Source: Octopus vulgaris
Taxonomy: Eukaryota
Direction: 5' to 3'
DNA: 64,000 bases
NCBI GenBank assembly: GCA_951406725.2
Contig: OX597824.1
Location: forward strand, 64,480,001-64,544,000
In this document: in pieces, positions 52,306 to 63,689 of the stretch
Layout: each line of letters starts with the position of its first letter
Numbering within the stretch: position 1 is the first letter of the stretch
Program-made: the position numbers and the translations under genes
The notes under the pieces: model-generated
The model's input: only the letters and a program-made list of their open reading frames with translations
What the model was told of the DNA's origin: nothing
Database searches by the model: none

Positions 52306-54116
52306 GTAAATACATGTATATACATGGGAAGCTTTATGAAAATAGACAAAAGACGAAGGCAGGTTTACGGAAATAAACAAAAGACGAAGGCAGGTGGAAT
52401 ACAAACAAACAATTGTATTAGTATGGCACTCAGGAAATATAAATAAAACAAGTCTTTAACGTTTCGAGCCTACGCTCTTCAATAGAAAGATACACAGAGA
52501 AGAAACACAGAAAGAAGGAGAGAAAAAAATGCGTGCAGAGGCTAGCGAATCAACATGGTGATCTGATTTCGGCCAGAAGTCAAAGATCAAACGTGAGACG
52601 CAAGAGCGAAATTAGGGGAGATAATAGGGTTAAATGACCTTGCTCCAAAATAAGAGTGTGTGTGTATGAGAGAGTATTAGTGCGTATGAGAGGTCTGGAC
52701 GTGTGTATGTATATATGATGTGATGTGTAAAGTCGTATGGTGTAGTGTAGAGAGAGGAGATGAGGGGGAGGGGAGGGGAAAGGGAAGAAGAGGAGGGGGA
52801 AGGGGGAGAGGAGAAGAGGGGGAGAGAGAGAGAGAAGGGGAGTGAGGGAGCAGAGAGAAAGAGAGAAGGGGAAGAAGGAGGGAGGGAGAAAGAGGGAAGA
52901 GTAGGGGTGAAAGGATGAAGGACTGAAGAGAAGTAGGGGTCAGGGGGGAGGTTAGATGAGGAGGGGGAGAGGGGGTTAGATTAGGAGGGGGGGAGAGTTG
53001 AGACCAAATGGCGTATAAGAGCGAAGAGAGAAGATTAATTCCTGTTCACGGCGCAAACGGGAATCCGGATGGCCTCTGTGCAAGGACAAACCGAACACAG
53101 ACAGGTGTTGCAAGGAATGACCAGTGGAGCGGAAATGGCGTGAGACCGGTGTGTCGTTGGCAGTATGTATATATGAATGTATATATGTATATACATATGA
53201 GAAGAATGACCACTATGTGGACAGCCCTTATGCTAGAAGTAGATCCGCTATGGTCTTACCACTAAGAAATGTTCTCAAGAAAATTTAGCAAACACCAGAA
53301 CGTAAGTGAGCAAGACAAATGAAAAGTACCAAAAATATAGATTAATCATAAACATGTTTCACTATCAATAGTTACGTAATTTTACTTACGCAATTTGTCC
53401 GTAGATCTTCAGTATGATCGTCATTTTACAAATATAATTTGCAGAACCATACACGAGACGTCCGCACAATGTCGTACATGTATCTAGTTCTACCTATTAC
53501 ACTTGTGGTTATTTTCAAAAGTCCTTGTTTTTGCACGCTAAATTACCAGAAATAATACTGCAGAAAATAATTCATTGCAATGGCTTTTGCCAGTTAGAGA
53601 ACGTATTAATTTAAATTTAAAATGTGGGTGAAAAATTGGATATTAATTTGATTAACATCAATTTAAAACCAGTGGTCTAGCATATTAAAATCTGAAGGTT
53701 CAGTAAATTGTATTACATACATATCCTTCTCATATGTATGTAATACAATTTACTGAACCTTCAGATTTTAATATGCTAGACCACTGGTTTTAAATTGATG
53801 TAAAAAAACGCACCACCTGAATGTGGCTGATGCCAATGCCATTGACTAGCTTCTGTGCTGGTAGCATGTAAAAAGCACCATCCAATCGTGGTTGATGCCA
53901 GCCCACTCTGGCCCCTGTGCCAGTAGAACGTAAAAAAGCACCAACTACACTCTCGGAGTGGTTGGCATTAGGAAGGGTATCAAGCTGAAGAAACACTGCC
54001 AGATCAGACGAGCCTGGTGCACCCTTCTGGCTTCCCATACCCATCAAACCGTCCAACCCATGCCAGCATGGAAAACGGACGTTAGACAATGATGATGATA
54101 TATATATATATGTGTA

Positions 54117-54157
<41 letters not shown>

Positions 54158-56049
54158 ATATATATATATACACACAGACATACACACACGCACACACACA
54201 CATATATATATATAGATATATATAGTGTGTGTGGCACAGGTTCCTTCTACCAGCCTACACAACTGTGCATTATGCAATGCAAATCATGGGTAAGGCTCAA
54301 GAGTCATATAAGGGCCTCACATTGCATTATCAATGACCTATTTGAATGATCCTTTTTAGCAATGCCTTTGTTCATATCCGAAGAAAATACAGGAGGGTCA
54401 ATTAATTGTGATTTTACTCAACATATTCTCCTCTGAGATTCAGACACTTATTGCAGTAATTCTTCAGTTTTTCGAAACCCTGTAAAAGAACTTGGCAGGT
54501 TGGGCCTCCAACCAGGCCTTTTGCAATACCCTTAACCCTTTTGTTACCAACCCGGCTGAAACCGGCTCTGGCTCTGAGTTCAAATGTCTTGCTTTCATAT
54601 GTTTTTAATTAAAATCTTCCACCAAACCTTAGTCACAATTTATGTTCCTGACACTAGCTTAATGATAACTAAGTTATTTTACTAAATTCTTTGTTACATT
54701 TAAAGTAATTGAAAGAAACACAGAGTATCTCAAAATAAATACAGTAACGAAAGGGTTAAAGCTAGGATCTTTTCTGCATATTGAAATATTATTTGGATTG
54801 AAGATCTGGTTTGAATATTTGCAGCACCTTATGGTTTATACAAAAGGTACACAAGGACCTGGTTGTTTAGTGAGACTACCAGTCAAAATTAGGTTTATAC
54901 AAAAAGCAGACATTGACTTGGATGTAGTTATTCAATAGGGTGGTTTCTGTATACCAATATGGTATATACCAAAGATGCTCAAGAACCTGATGATGGTGTC
55001 AGACAAGGTGTGTCTTTATACCATTCAAAATTAGATATATATAAACAAACAGACAATGAAATATATTGCAAAAGATTATTTGGTTAAAATGAATCCCATT
55101 CAGTGTTTTATAAGTGCTCAAAATTGTTGATATTTTTCTTTTATATTTCCATCTTGCAGGAAGCTTTCAAAGATGTTGCTGATGATGATGAACTTTACCA
55201 AATTGTACGAGCTACTCTTGGAAGAAAACCTGATCATTCTTTCATGACAGAATATTATTCTGATGATGGTTCCAAAGATGGTTATTATGGGTTTAATCAA
55301 AGTTCTAGGCTTTCCAGCTATGACGATAGATATTCTGCATCTTCAAATTTCCCACCTTCTCGTCAGTCTCAAGCCTTCAGTTCTATCAGCAGATCAATGA
55401 TAAACTCTAGGAAATCAAGCCATTTGCTAATGAAAGACAAACCAGGTGATGTCCTCCAAAGTCGGACGCATGTATTTACACAACCTGAAAAGGCATTCAC
55501 ACCTAGGATCCTGAAAACAAGTAAAAAGTCTCTGCTGAGTGAATGTAAATACTATAACCCTCCAAGGCTCCGCAAAAGCAAGGCAGAAAGTGAATCTCAG
55601 AAAGACAAAAAGGAAAAGCATTCAGACCAATCTGAAACTTCAAACTATCTTGATCCAGAATCTTTGACAGAATCAACATCCTACATCTCTTCACGATCAT
55701 CTAAATCCCATTCGACCTTAGTTGAAGAACCAGTGCCTCAGTTAGACTTGTTACCAGATAAAGAAGGAAGAAGTGACAAAACTAAAGTCAAGAAAGACAC
55801 AAGAAATAACACTAAGGAGAATATCATATTGGAAGATGAAAACTCGGATTTAAAGAACACTACATTGAATAGACATAAATCTAAATTGAATCCAACAGAT
55901 AATGCCTTCAAACAAACTTCAACTCAAAATTCATCAAAAACTCCCTCAGATCTTTACCAATCCAATGCAACAAGCAGCCATCTCCAGTCTCCAAAAGCAT
56001 TAAATGAAATTAACAAAAGGTGATGGTTTAATTTATTTTATTTGGGAAA

Positions 56050-56130
<81 letters not shown>

Positions 56131-59100
56131 ATATATGTATGTATGTATATATGTATATGATTGATTGATCGATTGACAGATATTAATTAATTACTGATTA
56201 TGGTACATAGAGCAAATGTTGGAGAAATTATGATAAACATAAATTTATGTCATATGTTCCCTATGTACATTTTACTGTTGTGGTTGTTGTTCCAAGACCA
56301 ATTGGATGCTTCACCATGGCATATCATCAGGAGAATGCTTTATTGCATTATATTACAAGATCAAATGTCTGACATAGGGAACATATGATATAAAATTGTG
56401 TTTATCATAATTTCTCCTACATGCACACACATATAAAGGATGTCCCAGAAAAATTTACCCATGTTTAAAACTCTTCCTAAAGAATATCTGTTCAGGTAAT
56501 ATTATCTGCATTTTACATATAGATTTGCATGTCTTTTGTTCATGTGCCTACTGTTTCATTTGTCTATAACAGGTTTGTAAACAAACATAGTGTCGAAACC
56601 AAAATGTGACCAGATTGTTGCTTTGAAAACAGCTGGAGTGGGCAACAAGGACTTAACAAAACAGTTGAAAGTGTGCCGTAAAACAGTGTTCAATACCAAG
56701 AAACAATATATGGAGTCCACTATTTCTTGGTAGGAAATGATCAATTCACACCAAACTGTTGAAGCTGTGAAGAAGCAAATGAACTGAAATTCCCACAGAA
56801 ATGCAAGAAAAACTGCAAAAGCTCTTGATATTTTGAAATCGTCAATGCACAGGATTTTTGAAGATTTTAAGCTAACTGCATACAAGAAACAATCCCAGTA
56901 GTTAACTTCAGCAGCTCCCAAGTAGAAACGGCTTGATAGGGGTAAAAGCATGCTAACTGAGATGAAGCATGCTGCTAATAAAGTGTTGATCTGGTCCAAC
57001 GAGAAGATCTTCAGCATGGAAGCAGTTACCAACAGGCAGAATGATACCCGAAGGTAGCAGGAGTCATTTACACTGTCAGATGCCAGCTTTACTCATGGTG
57101 TGGGCTGCAGTTGCATCTGTTGGGTTCAAGCCTCCCTTGATCTTCATCGATGCTGAAGTTTATGTGGAAATGTTGGATGAGAAAGTGTTACTCTGAGTCA
57201 CAGAAACCTTTGGTAACCATTACATCTTCACTCAAAACAGGGCTCTGGCTCACACATCCATTTTGACACAGAGGTAGTGCAAAGAGCATTTCAGGAACAA
57301 GACAATATGGTCTCCCTCAAGCCCAAGCATCAATCCCATGAACTTTGCTATCTGGTCCATCTTAGAGAGTAATGTTTCTGCTCACTCCTGTTCAAATATA
57401 TCAAATCTGAAGAAAGCTCTTCTGTGTTCATGGGTCAAGTTGGATGAAGTAGCAGTATGGTACTCTTGCAACTCAGGGACCATTTGTTTGTAGGCTATGA
57501 TCAAGGTGAAAGGTGGTCATTTTGAAATGTAATTACTGCAATGGATTGACAATTTACATTAGAACATGTGTGCCAGATTTCATTATCTTACCTTAAGTTT
57601 ATTTTGAATAATTAAGAAATACCAATGGGTAAATCTTTCTAGGACACCCTGTATATACTGTATGGCTTAAGGTGACGGCTTCAATTTTATTTTGCTAGGA
57701 ATATAATGTATACTATCAGATTAAATTTGTCTATTATCTAATGTGCTGCAATCATTAGCCGCCCACCAAGCCAATGGCTTGGTCTCTATTGGTTGCCCTA
57801 CTTATATGGTTAAATGGATTGGATTGTATCATATTCTGTACCTATTTGCCTTATCAACAGAGATTAAGTGATTACATTATCTTCTAAATCTTTTTAAGGT
57901 ATATCACAACCTCATAAGTACATACTCTGCCTGTAGTTCATGACACTTCATCTCAAGACAATAAGGTAGCCTCTGTTAAGCCACTTGATTTGCTAGTCAT
58001 TTAATCTGCTAGAAATGGTAGTCTTATCTCTCAAATCATACTCTGTCATTTTAAAAAAAGGAGGACCATTTTGGTAATTTAGTCCTACATTATATTATAT
58101 ATATATATTTTGGAAAATACATATTAGTGACAGAGGTATTATCAATACTGAGAGGTAAGCATGCATTTTGCAGGAAAAGCCAATATGAGAGTTTCTCTCA
58201 TGGTAACTACTGCAGTATAATTTGTTCTAACAGAACATCCACATTTAAGTGGGGATAAAAATTACCTCTCATATTAATACTGCTACTGTTGCTAATATAT
58301 ATTTTTTAACAAGCTCACTGGCCAACTCCAACACCAGAGCCTGCTCTGGCACTGTTTTTCTATTTATTGCTGGCAGGGAGATGAGTTGTAGCTATCTCTG
58401 ACAGCTGAGTGTCCATCATTGATAAGACCAAGGAATTTTGAAATCACATGATCTGGTGGGTCTCAGTACTGGAGATGGCAGGGATTTATCTCCTTGCCAA
58501 CGACATAAGAGTGCATTTTGCACCAAAAACCTATATGTAAGTTTTTCTCATGGTATCTATAACAGTAAAGTTTGTTCTGACAGAACATTTGAGTTTAAGT
58601 GGGGATAGATATTACCGTAAATCCTCGAGTATAGTCCTCCCTTGAGTATAATACACAGGATTTTTAGGGGACTGTACCTCTGAAAAACCTAAACCTTGTG
58701 TATAATACGCACCCCTTCTCTAACTTGAGTCAAGGTGGTCTATATAATGTGCTTGGTTTGTAAAAATGTATACGATAACGTCCTTTATTATTATTGTATA
58801 TATAACATAATGCAAACATGTAGCTTTTTTGTGCATTTTGTTTGCAGAAAATAAAGAAATAACAGTAATAACATTTAATAAATGTTGCTTACTGCAAGTT
58901 ATGGATGATTCTTTTATGACTTCATTGCTTTCAGGCTTAGCTTAAGGTATTTTCGTGCCCAACATCAAAAAATGCATCTGAATAAATATTGCCGGACATG
59001 AAACAGAGACTCAGACATTGCTTAGAAAATAATTTTCATTTTTAACCTCGTATATAGTATGCATTAGGGATTTTGACCTTTAAATTTTGGGAAAAAAATG

Positions 59101-61532
59101 CAAATTATACTCGAGGATTTACGGTACATTATATTATGTCTGAAACAAAAAAAAATATGCAGTAGTCATGATTGGAAAGCCTCTAATCTACTTGATCTGA
59201 GTCTTAGCAAAAACAAGCTTACAGATGTCACCACCTTTGGGTTTTTTTACAAATGTCTATTATTCTCTGCACTAGCAAGACATTTATCACCCCTGCCTAA
59301 TCCCACACAATGCACCTTTCTTCTTTGCATTACCACCCGTACAATCTCTTTTATTACCTACAAATCACTTTTACCCAATCCTTCTTACCTGTAACTGAAG
59401 TGCGTCCCCTTGTTCCTTCTCTGCTCACATTTTCCCCTGAAACACTGACCCACTAAAACTTCAAATTAAACAATTACTTCAGTGGTCTGAGTGGACTCAG
59501 AAAATGATAGCACATCTAAGTTATTGTTGTTGCTGGTTAGCCTTCACGTATTCCAACTATGACTGTTTCATCGTTTTACCTAACTAATATAAATGATGAA
59601 ATGTGCCTCGTCAGTCTGAAGGTTAACAACAACTGTATGACTCACCAAGACTTACCTTTATGCTTCTTTTGCATTACTTTCTTCTAAACTGATATAATCA
59701 GATTGTTTCAAAGTTAAATAACATATTCATTACTATGTAACCAGCTCTTTCAGTTAAATAGCCAGTTCTTTACTGGTTACGTAACTTTCTGTTTCACTAT
59801 ATAACTAGCTCTTTCAGTTGAATAACCAATTTTTTACAAGTTATTGAATTGATGATGCAGCTGTCTTTTTTAGCTCAGTAGCCTATTTTTTACCATGTAA
59901 CCAGCTCTTTTGGTTCAATAGCAAATTCATTACTAGTTACTGGCTATGTCACTAGCTGTTTCGGTTAACCCTTTTGATACCAACCCGGCTGAAACCGCCT
60001 CTGGCTCTGTAGTATAAATGTCTTGTTTTCATAAGTTTTGAATTAAAATCTTCCACCAAACCTTAGTCACAATTTATGTTCCTTACACCAGCTTAATGAT
60101 AACTAAGTTAGTTTACTAAATTCTTTGTTAATTTAAAATTAATTAAAAGAAACATAGAGCATCTCAAAATAAATACGGTAACGAAAGGGTTACATAGCCT
60201 ATTCTTTACTGTGTAGTTGGTTCTTTCAGATAAATAGCCTATTCTTTATTATTTACATAATTTATTTACAGCTCCTTCAATTAAATAACTAGTTCTTTAC
60301 TTTGTAACCTGTTGTTTTCTACATTTACTGATATGTTATTAATGACCTATTTTCCATATATTAGCAATATAAACAATATTTTTTTGTGTGTGTTTGTGTC
60401 TTCCAGCAGTGAATGTGAGTACATCAACTTCATGAAACATGTCACAGAAGATATCTTACTCAAAGGTTTATTCACAAACAGGTAAAGTAACAACTCCAAG
60501 ATCTGGTTCCAATTTCCTTTGCAATTGGGCTTGTAGAGTATGAATAGATGAGTGGATCAGATAAGGGATGATCCACCGAGAAGTCAGCGGTTTATACCAT
60601 CATCTTCAATGTTTTAACATCTACTTTTCCATGTCTGTGTGGGTCAGACAGAATTTTTTGAGGTAGGTTTTCTACAGCTTGATGCCCTTCCTGTCACTAA
60701 CCCTCACCTGTTTCCCAACAAGGTAACATTTACCCATGGCCAGATACGTTTTCATTGAAGGTTGGAAACAAATGACACTGTTTGGACAATTGTGACACTC
60801 ATTTTGCAACCATGATGCAACATCAAGACAAGGTAACACACACACATACACATATGTGCATGCACAGACAGGCTTCCTTTAGTTCCTCTCTCCCGAATCT
60901 ACAGCCTAGGTTGTCATGCAATGGGAATGAACCTGAAACTTTGTGGTTTGGAAGCAGACATCTTAATAGCTAAATTTACTTAGTTGTAAGAAGGCACCAC
61001 AAAATTGTATATATCCCCAAAGAAACAATGGGACTAAAACTATCAGTTGAATTACCCTGATATCACATCTTAAATAAAGAACTACTACATTCAATAATGT
61101 AATCCTAGACATACCCTAAAAAAGTGAGATGTTATAACTGGAATACATTTGATCCATTCTTCTTTGTCAGGTTTAGCCTAGCACTAAACAACAATGTCTT
61201 ATAAAAACCAAATACACGGAGTCGACTTGTTTAACAAAACATTTCATGTGCCAATGTAAAATAACAGGTTACCTAGCAATGGCCAATATGAGTAATAATG
61301 CCATATACAAAAATAATAGTAATAATAATAATAATGGTTTCAAATATTGGTTCGAGGCCAGCAATTTCAGTACAGGGGATAAGTTGATTACATCACCCCC
61401 AGTGTTCAACTGGTACTTATTTTATCAATCCCAAAATGATGAAAGGCAAATTTGACCTCCATAGAGTTTGAACTCAGGGCATTTTGTCAAGCATGCTAAT
61501 GATTCTGCTAGCTTGTTGCCTTAATAATGATG

Positions 61533-61570
<38 letters not shown>

Positions 61571-63689
61571 TGTTTCTAATATAGACACAAGGCCAGTAAT
61601 TTTGAGGGGATGGTATTTAGTCAGTACCATTGCAACTGGTATTTTATTTTATCAATCCCAGAAGGAAGGCTAAGTTTACTGTGACAGGATTAGAACTCAG
61701 AACATAAAAAGGAGCACTCTACTGTTGCTGCATATTCATTGTTGAATAAGTAATGTCTCTCTTTCAATATGCGTGTGCGTGTGTGTACCTTGATTGGCAC
61801 ATACGTAGCTGTATGACTGAAGTTTGCTTCCCAGTGGCATACTTTTGAGTTCAGTCCCACTGTGTGACACCTTGGGCAGTGTCTTCTACTATAGCCTCTG
61901 GTTAACCAAATCCTTGTCAGTGGATGTATGTATTTTGTGTTGAGTTACAAATTTTGCAATATTTCGGTAACATATTTGCTTTATTTGTCAAGTTACTTAA
62001 ATTACAAAAGCAGCCTAGCGTTCAAAGTAGAAACCATTCTGTTGCATTGTTTGAAGCCACCTTTCTGCCAGTTCTTTGATCCCAATGTTATATCAGTTTT
62101 TGTCCTGCAAGGTAAAGAACTCCTTCACTAAACCTTCCACCCCTTCTTGGTTGATGAAGCTGCATGAGCACAGGAAGTGAGTGATGGATTGGAACAAGTA
62201 ATAATCTAAGGAAGATATTTTTCTGCAGTCCTACTATGCATAAGCAGTGGTTCAACAAGAGCCAGCTTTCAGAACCTGTCATCAAACATGGGCATTTCAA
62301 ACACAAGGTGATGCTCTGTGTCTGGTGGAATTATGAGTGTATAATTCACTACAAGTTTATGGTGAAACCATCGATGCCAGCCTGTACTCTGAACAACTGG
62401 AGTGGATGTATGCCATTGTACACCTAAAATATCTGGCATTGGTTAACAGAATGTGAACAAAACAATGCAAGACCTCATACCACTCAAATAACCCGGAATA
62501 AACTCCAGGAACTTGTGGAAATTGAACTGATGTCACACCCAGCATATAGTCCAGACCTAGCTCCCTCAGATTATTACTTGTTCCAATCTATGGCTCACTT
62601 CCTATGCTCACAACACTTCATCAACCAAGAAGAGGTGGGAGCTTCATTGAAGGAGTTCTTCACCTCGAAGAGCAAGGAATGATATCAGCATGGTATTAAA
62701 GAACTGGTAGAAATTTGGCTTCAGACAGTGTAAGACAATGGACTCTACTTTGAATGCTTGGCTGCTTTTGTTGTAACTTGACAAATAAACCAAATATGTT
62801 ATCAAAATATTGCAAAATATATACATGTTTGTGTGTGTGTATGTTGGTGTCACCATGTCTTGATATTGCATGATTTTTTGTAAATGAATGTAATTGTTAT
62901 ACAAGCTGTGTCACTCATTCCCAATGTCCTATAAAAATATGTCTAGGCATGGGCTGTGCGACAAGAAGGACATCTGGTGAAAGTAAGTCTTCTTCAATAA
63001 ACTTCACCCAACCCTTGCAAGCATGGAAAAGTGGACATTAAAATGACGATGATGATGACAACAATGGCGACCATGACCATTACCACAACGACAATGGTGG
63101 TGGTGGTGGTGGTGAAAAAGAAAATGATACACACTCACCCAAGATGCTGACTTGACCACTAGACCATGTGTTTGCAAAACAATTTAGTTGATCACATGCC
63201 TATGCTAGCACCTACATGTACTTCATTACCATCATAAACTACCAACACCCCCTGTCATTATCATCATCATTGTCTTCATCAGTTGGCATAAGAAAAGAGA
63301 ATTATTATTTTTCTTTTTAAATTAGATAATTCAGAGAAGCCATCCACACTATATATATCTACATAATTTTTACCTTTACTTAGTATTTTGTTTCATCATT
63401 ACTTCATCAAGTTCAAAGAAGATTGTGCTGATGAGGTAAGAATAAGGATAAAATATGTTTGGAGTTATCTCTGGAACTTATTGTAAAAAAAGATTAATAC
63501 AGTAGTGTTCATTGATATTATTTATATTTTGTCATTTTTTTCAGTATTTTCTGTATTAGATATGTTAACAGCAACTTACTTGTGTATGTATGGTTTAAGT
63601 ATTCACTTTTCCATTTTAATTTACTTTAAAGGGCAATTCAACAAGTTTTTGAATTCCACATTATGAAGCATAGAGGCAAGCTTGATGAA
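48130..63689 (+). CDS. SPATA7: Spermatogenesis-associated protein 7-like (ciliary protein); six internal coding exons, partial at both ends
   Basis: Phase-consistent exons encode SPATA7 blocks: [24 protein letters not shown]...[59 protein letters not shown]. Confidence 0.88.
49192..49239 (+). CDS. SPATA7: SPATA7-like exon ([16 protein letters not shown])
   Basis: Long pyrimidine tract plus tag; gtaagt donor; 48 nt; phase 1/1. Confidence 0.85.
50302..50438 (+). CDS. SPATA7: SPATA7-like exon ([16 protein letters not shown]...QEDWK)
   Basis: cag acceptor; gtttg donor; 137 nt; phase 1/0 bridges the neighbouring exons in frame. Confidence 0.75.
51101..52169 (-). mobile_element. DD37D (maT) Tc1/mariner element with an in-frame internal deletion
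   Basis: Imperfect TIRs CAGGGTGCAGTGAATAAATT and GTTTACCCATCGCACCCTA flanked by TA; ORF 51224-51991 has QQDSAPCH and SPDCNPLDY with 37 residues between the two Asp. Confidence 0.88.
52325..53165 (-). mobile_element. Penelope-like retroelement 3' fragment (GIY-YIG tail plus 3' UTR/pLTR)
   Basis: Minus strand ~53000-53158 encodes [24 protein letters not shown]...[21 protein letters not shown]; followed by a pyrimidine tract and a hammerhead-like motif at 52452-52490. Confidence 0.82.
53345..53418 (-). ncRNA. Minimal type I hammerhead ribozyme motif
   Basis: AUCAUA CUGAAGA [extended stem II] GAAA CAUG UU UAUGAU; 6-bp perfect stem I, CUGANGA/GAAA/UH core, palindromic CAUG loop on stem III. Confidence 0.7.
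53655..53801. repeat. Perfect palindrome with 70-bp arms and a 7-nt spacer
   Basis: 53655-53724 is the exact reverse complement of 53732-53801; spacer CCTTCTC. Confidence 0.95.
54536..54755. mobile_element. piggyBac-like MITE with TTAA TSD
   Basis: TTAA|CCCTTTTGTTAC...GTAACGAAAGGG|TTAA; highly similar to 59969-60189. Confidence 0.88.
55160..56019 (+). CDS. SPATA7: SPATA7-like large exon ([14 protein letters not shown]...FTPRILKT...NEINK)
   Basis: Lies within ORF 55103..56023; cag acceptor; donor AG|gtgatg; 860 nt; phase 0/2. Confidence 0.88.
56055..56157. repeat. (TA)n / (TATG)n microsatellite next to the large SPATA7 exon donor
   Basis: Direct reading; other long SSRs at 17946-17987 (TA), 44677-44752 (TC) and 61535-61570 (AAT). 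Confidence 0.95.
56436..57651 (+). mobile_element. Decayed maT/DD37D-like Tc1/mariner element
   Basis: TIRs AAGGATGTCCCAGAAAAATTTACCCAT and ATGGGTAAATCTTTCTAGGACACCCTG flanked by TA; relic motifs [34 protein letters not shown]. Confidence 0.85.
58615..59124. mobile_element. Tc2/pogo-like MITE, 510 bp
   Basis: Perfect 19-bp TIR CCGTAAATCCTCGAGTATA; TA TSD. Confidence 0.9.
59730..60315. repeat. Degenerate ~40-bp tandem repeat interrupted by a MITE
   Basis: Unit approximately TACTATGTAACCAGCTCTTTCAGTTAAATAGCCAGTTCTT. Confidence 0.7.
59969..60189. mobile_element. piggyBac-like MITE
   Basis: TTAA|CCCTTTTGATACC...GGTAACGAAAGGG|TTAC. Confidence 0.85.
60407..60481 (+). CDS. SPATA7: SPATA7-like exon ([25 protein letters not shown])
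   Basis: CAGCAG tandem acceptor; gtaaag donor; resembles vertebrate YLSFIEDVTDEILKLGLFSNR. Confidence 0.9.
61950..62818 (+). mobile_element. mariner-derived foldback element with ~260-bp inverted arms
   Basis: Core encodes KVMLCVWWN and [16 protein letters not shown]; 61950-62212 is an inverted, diverged copy of 62563-62818. Confidence 0.85.
63632..63689 (+). CDS. SPATA7: SPATA7-like exon ([19 protein letters not shown])
   Basis: aag acceptor; gtaagt donor; 58 nt; phase 2/0; resembles FLERLFERHIKQNKHLEE. Confidence 0.85.

Noticed and set aside
59730-60315. Repeat array considered as CRISPR-like
   Set aside because: Degenerate tandem units without unique spacers, in a eukaryotic intron, with no cas genes.
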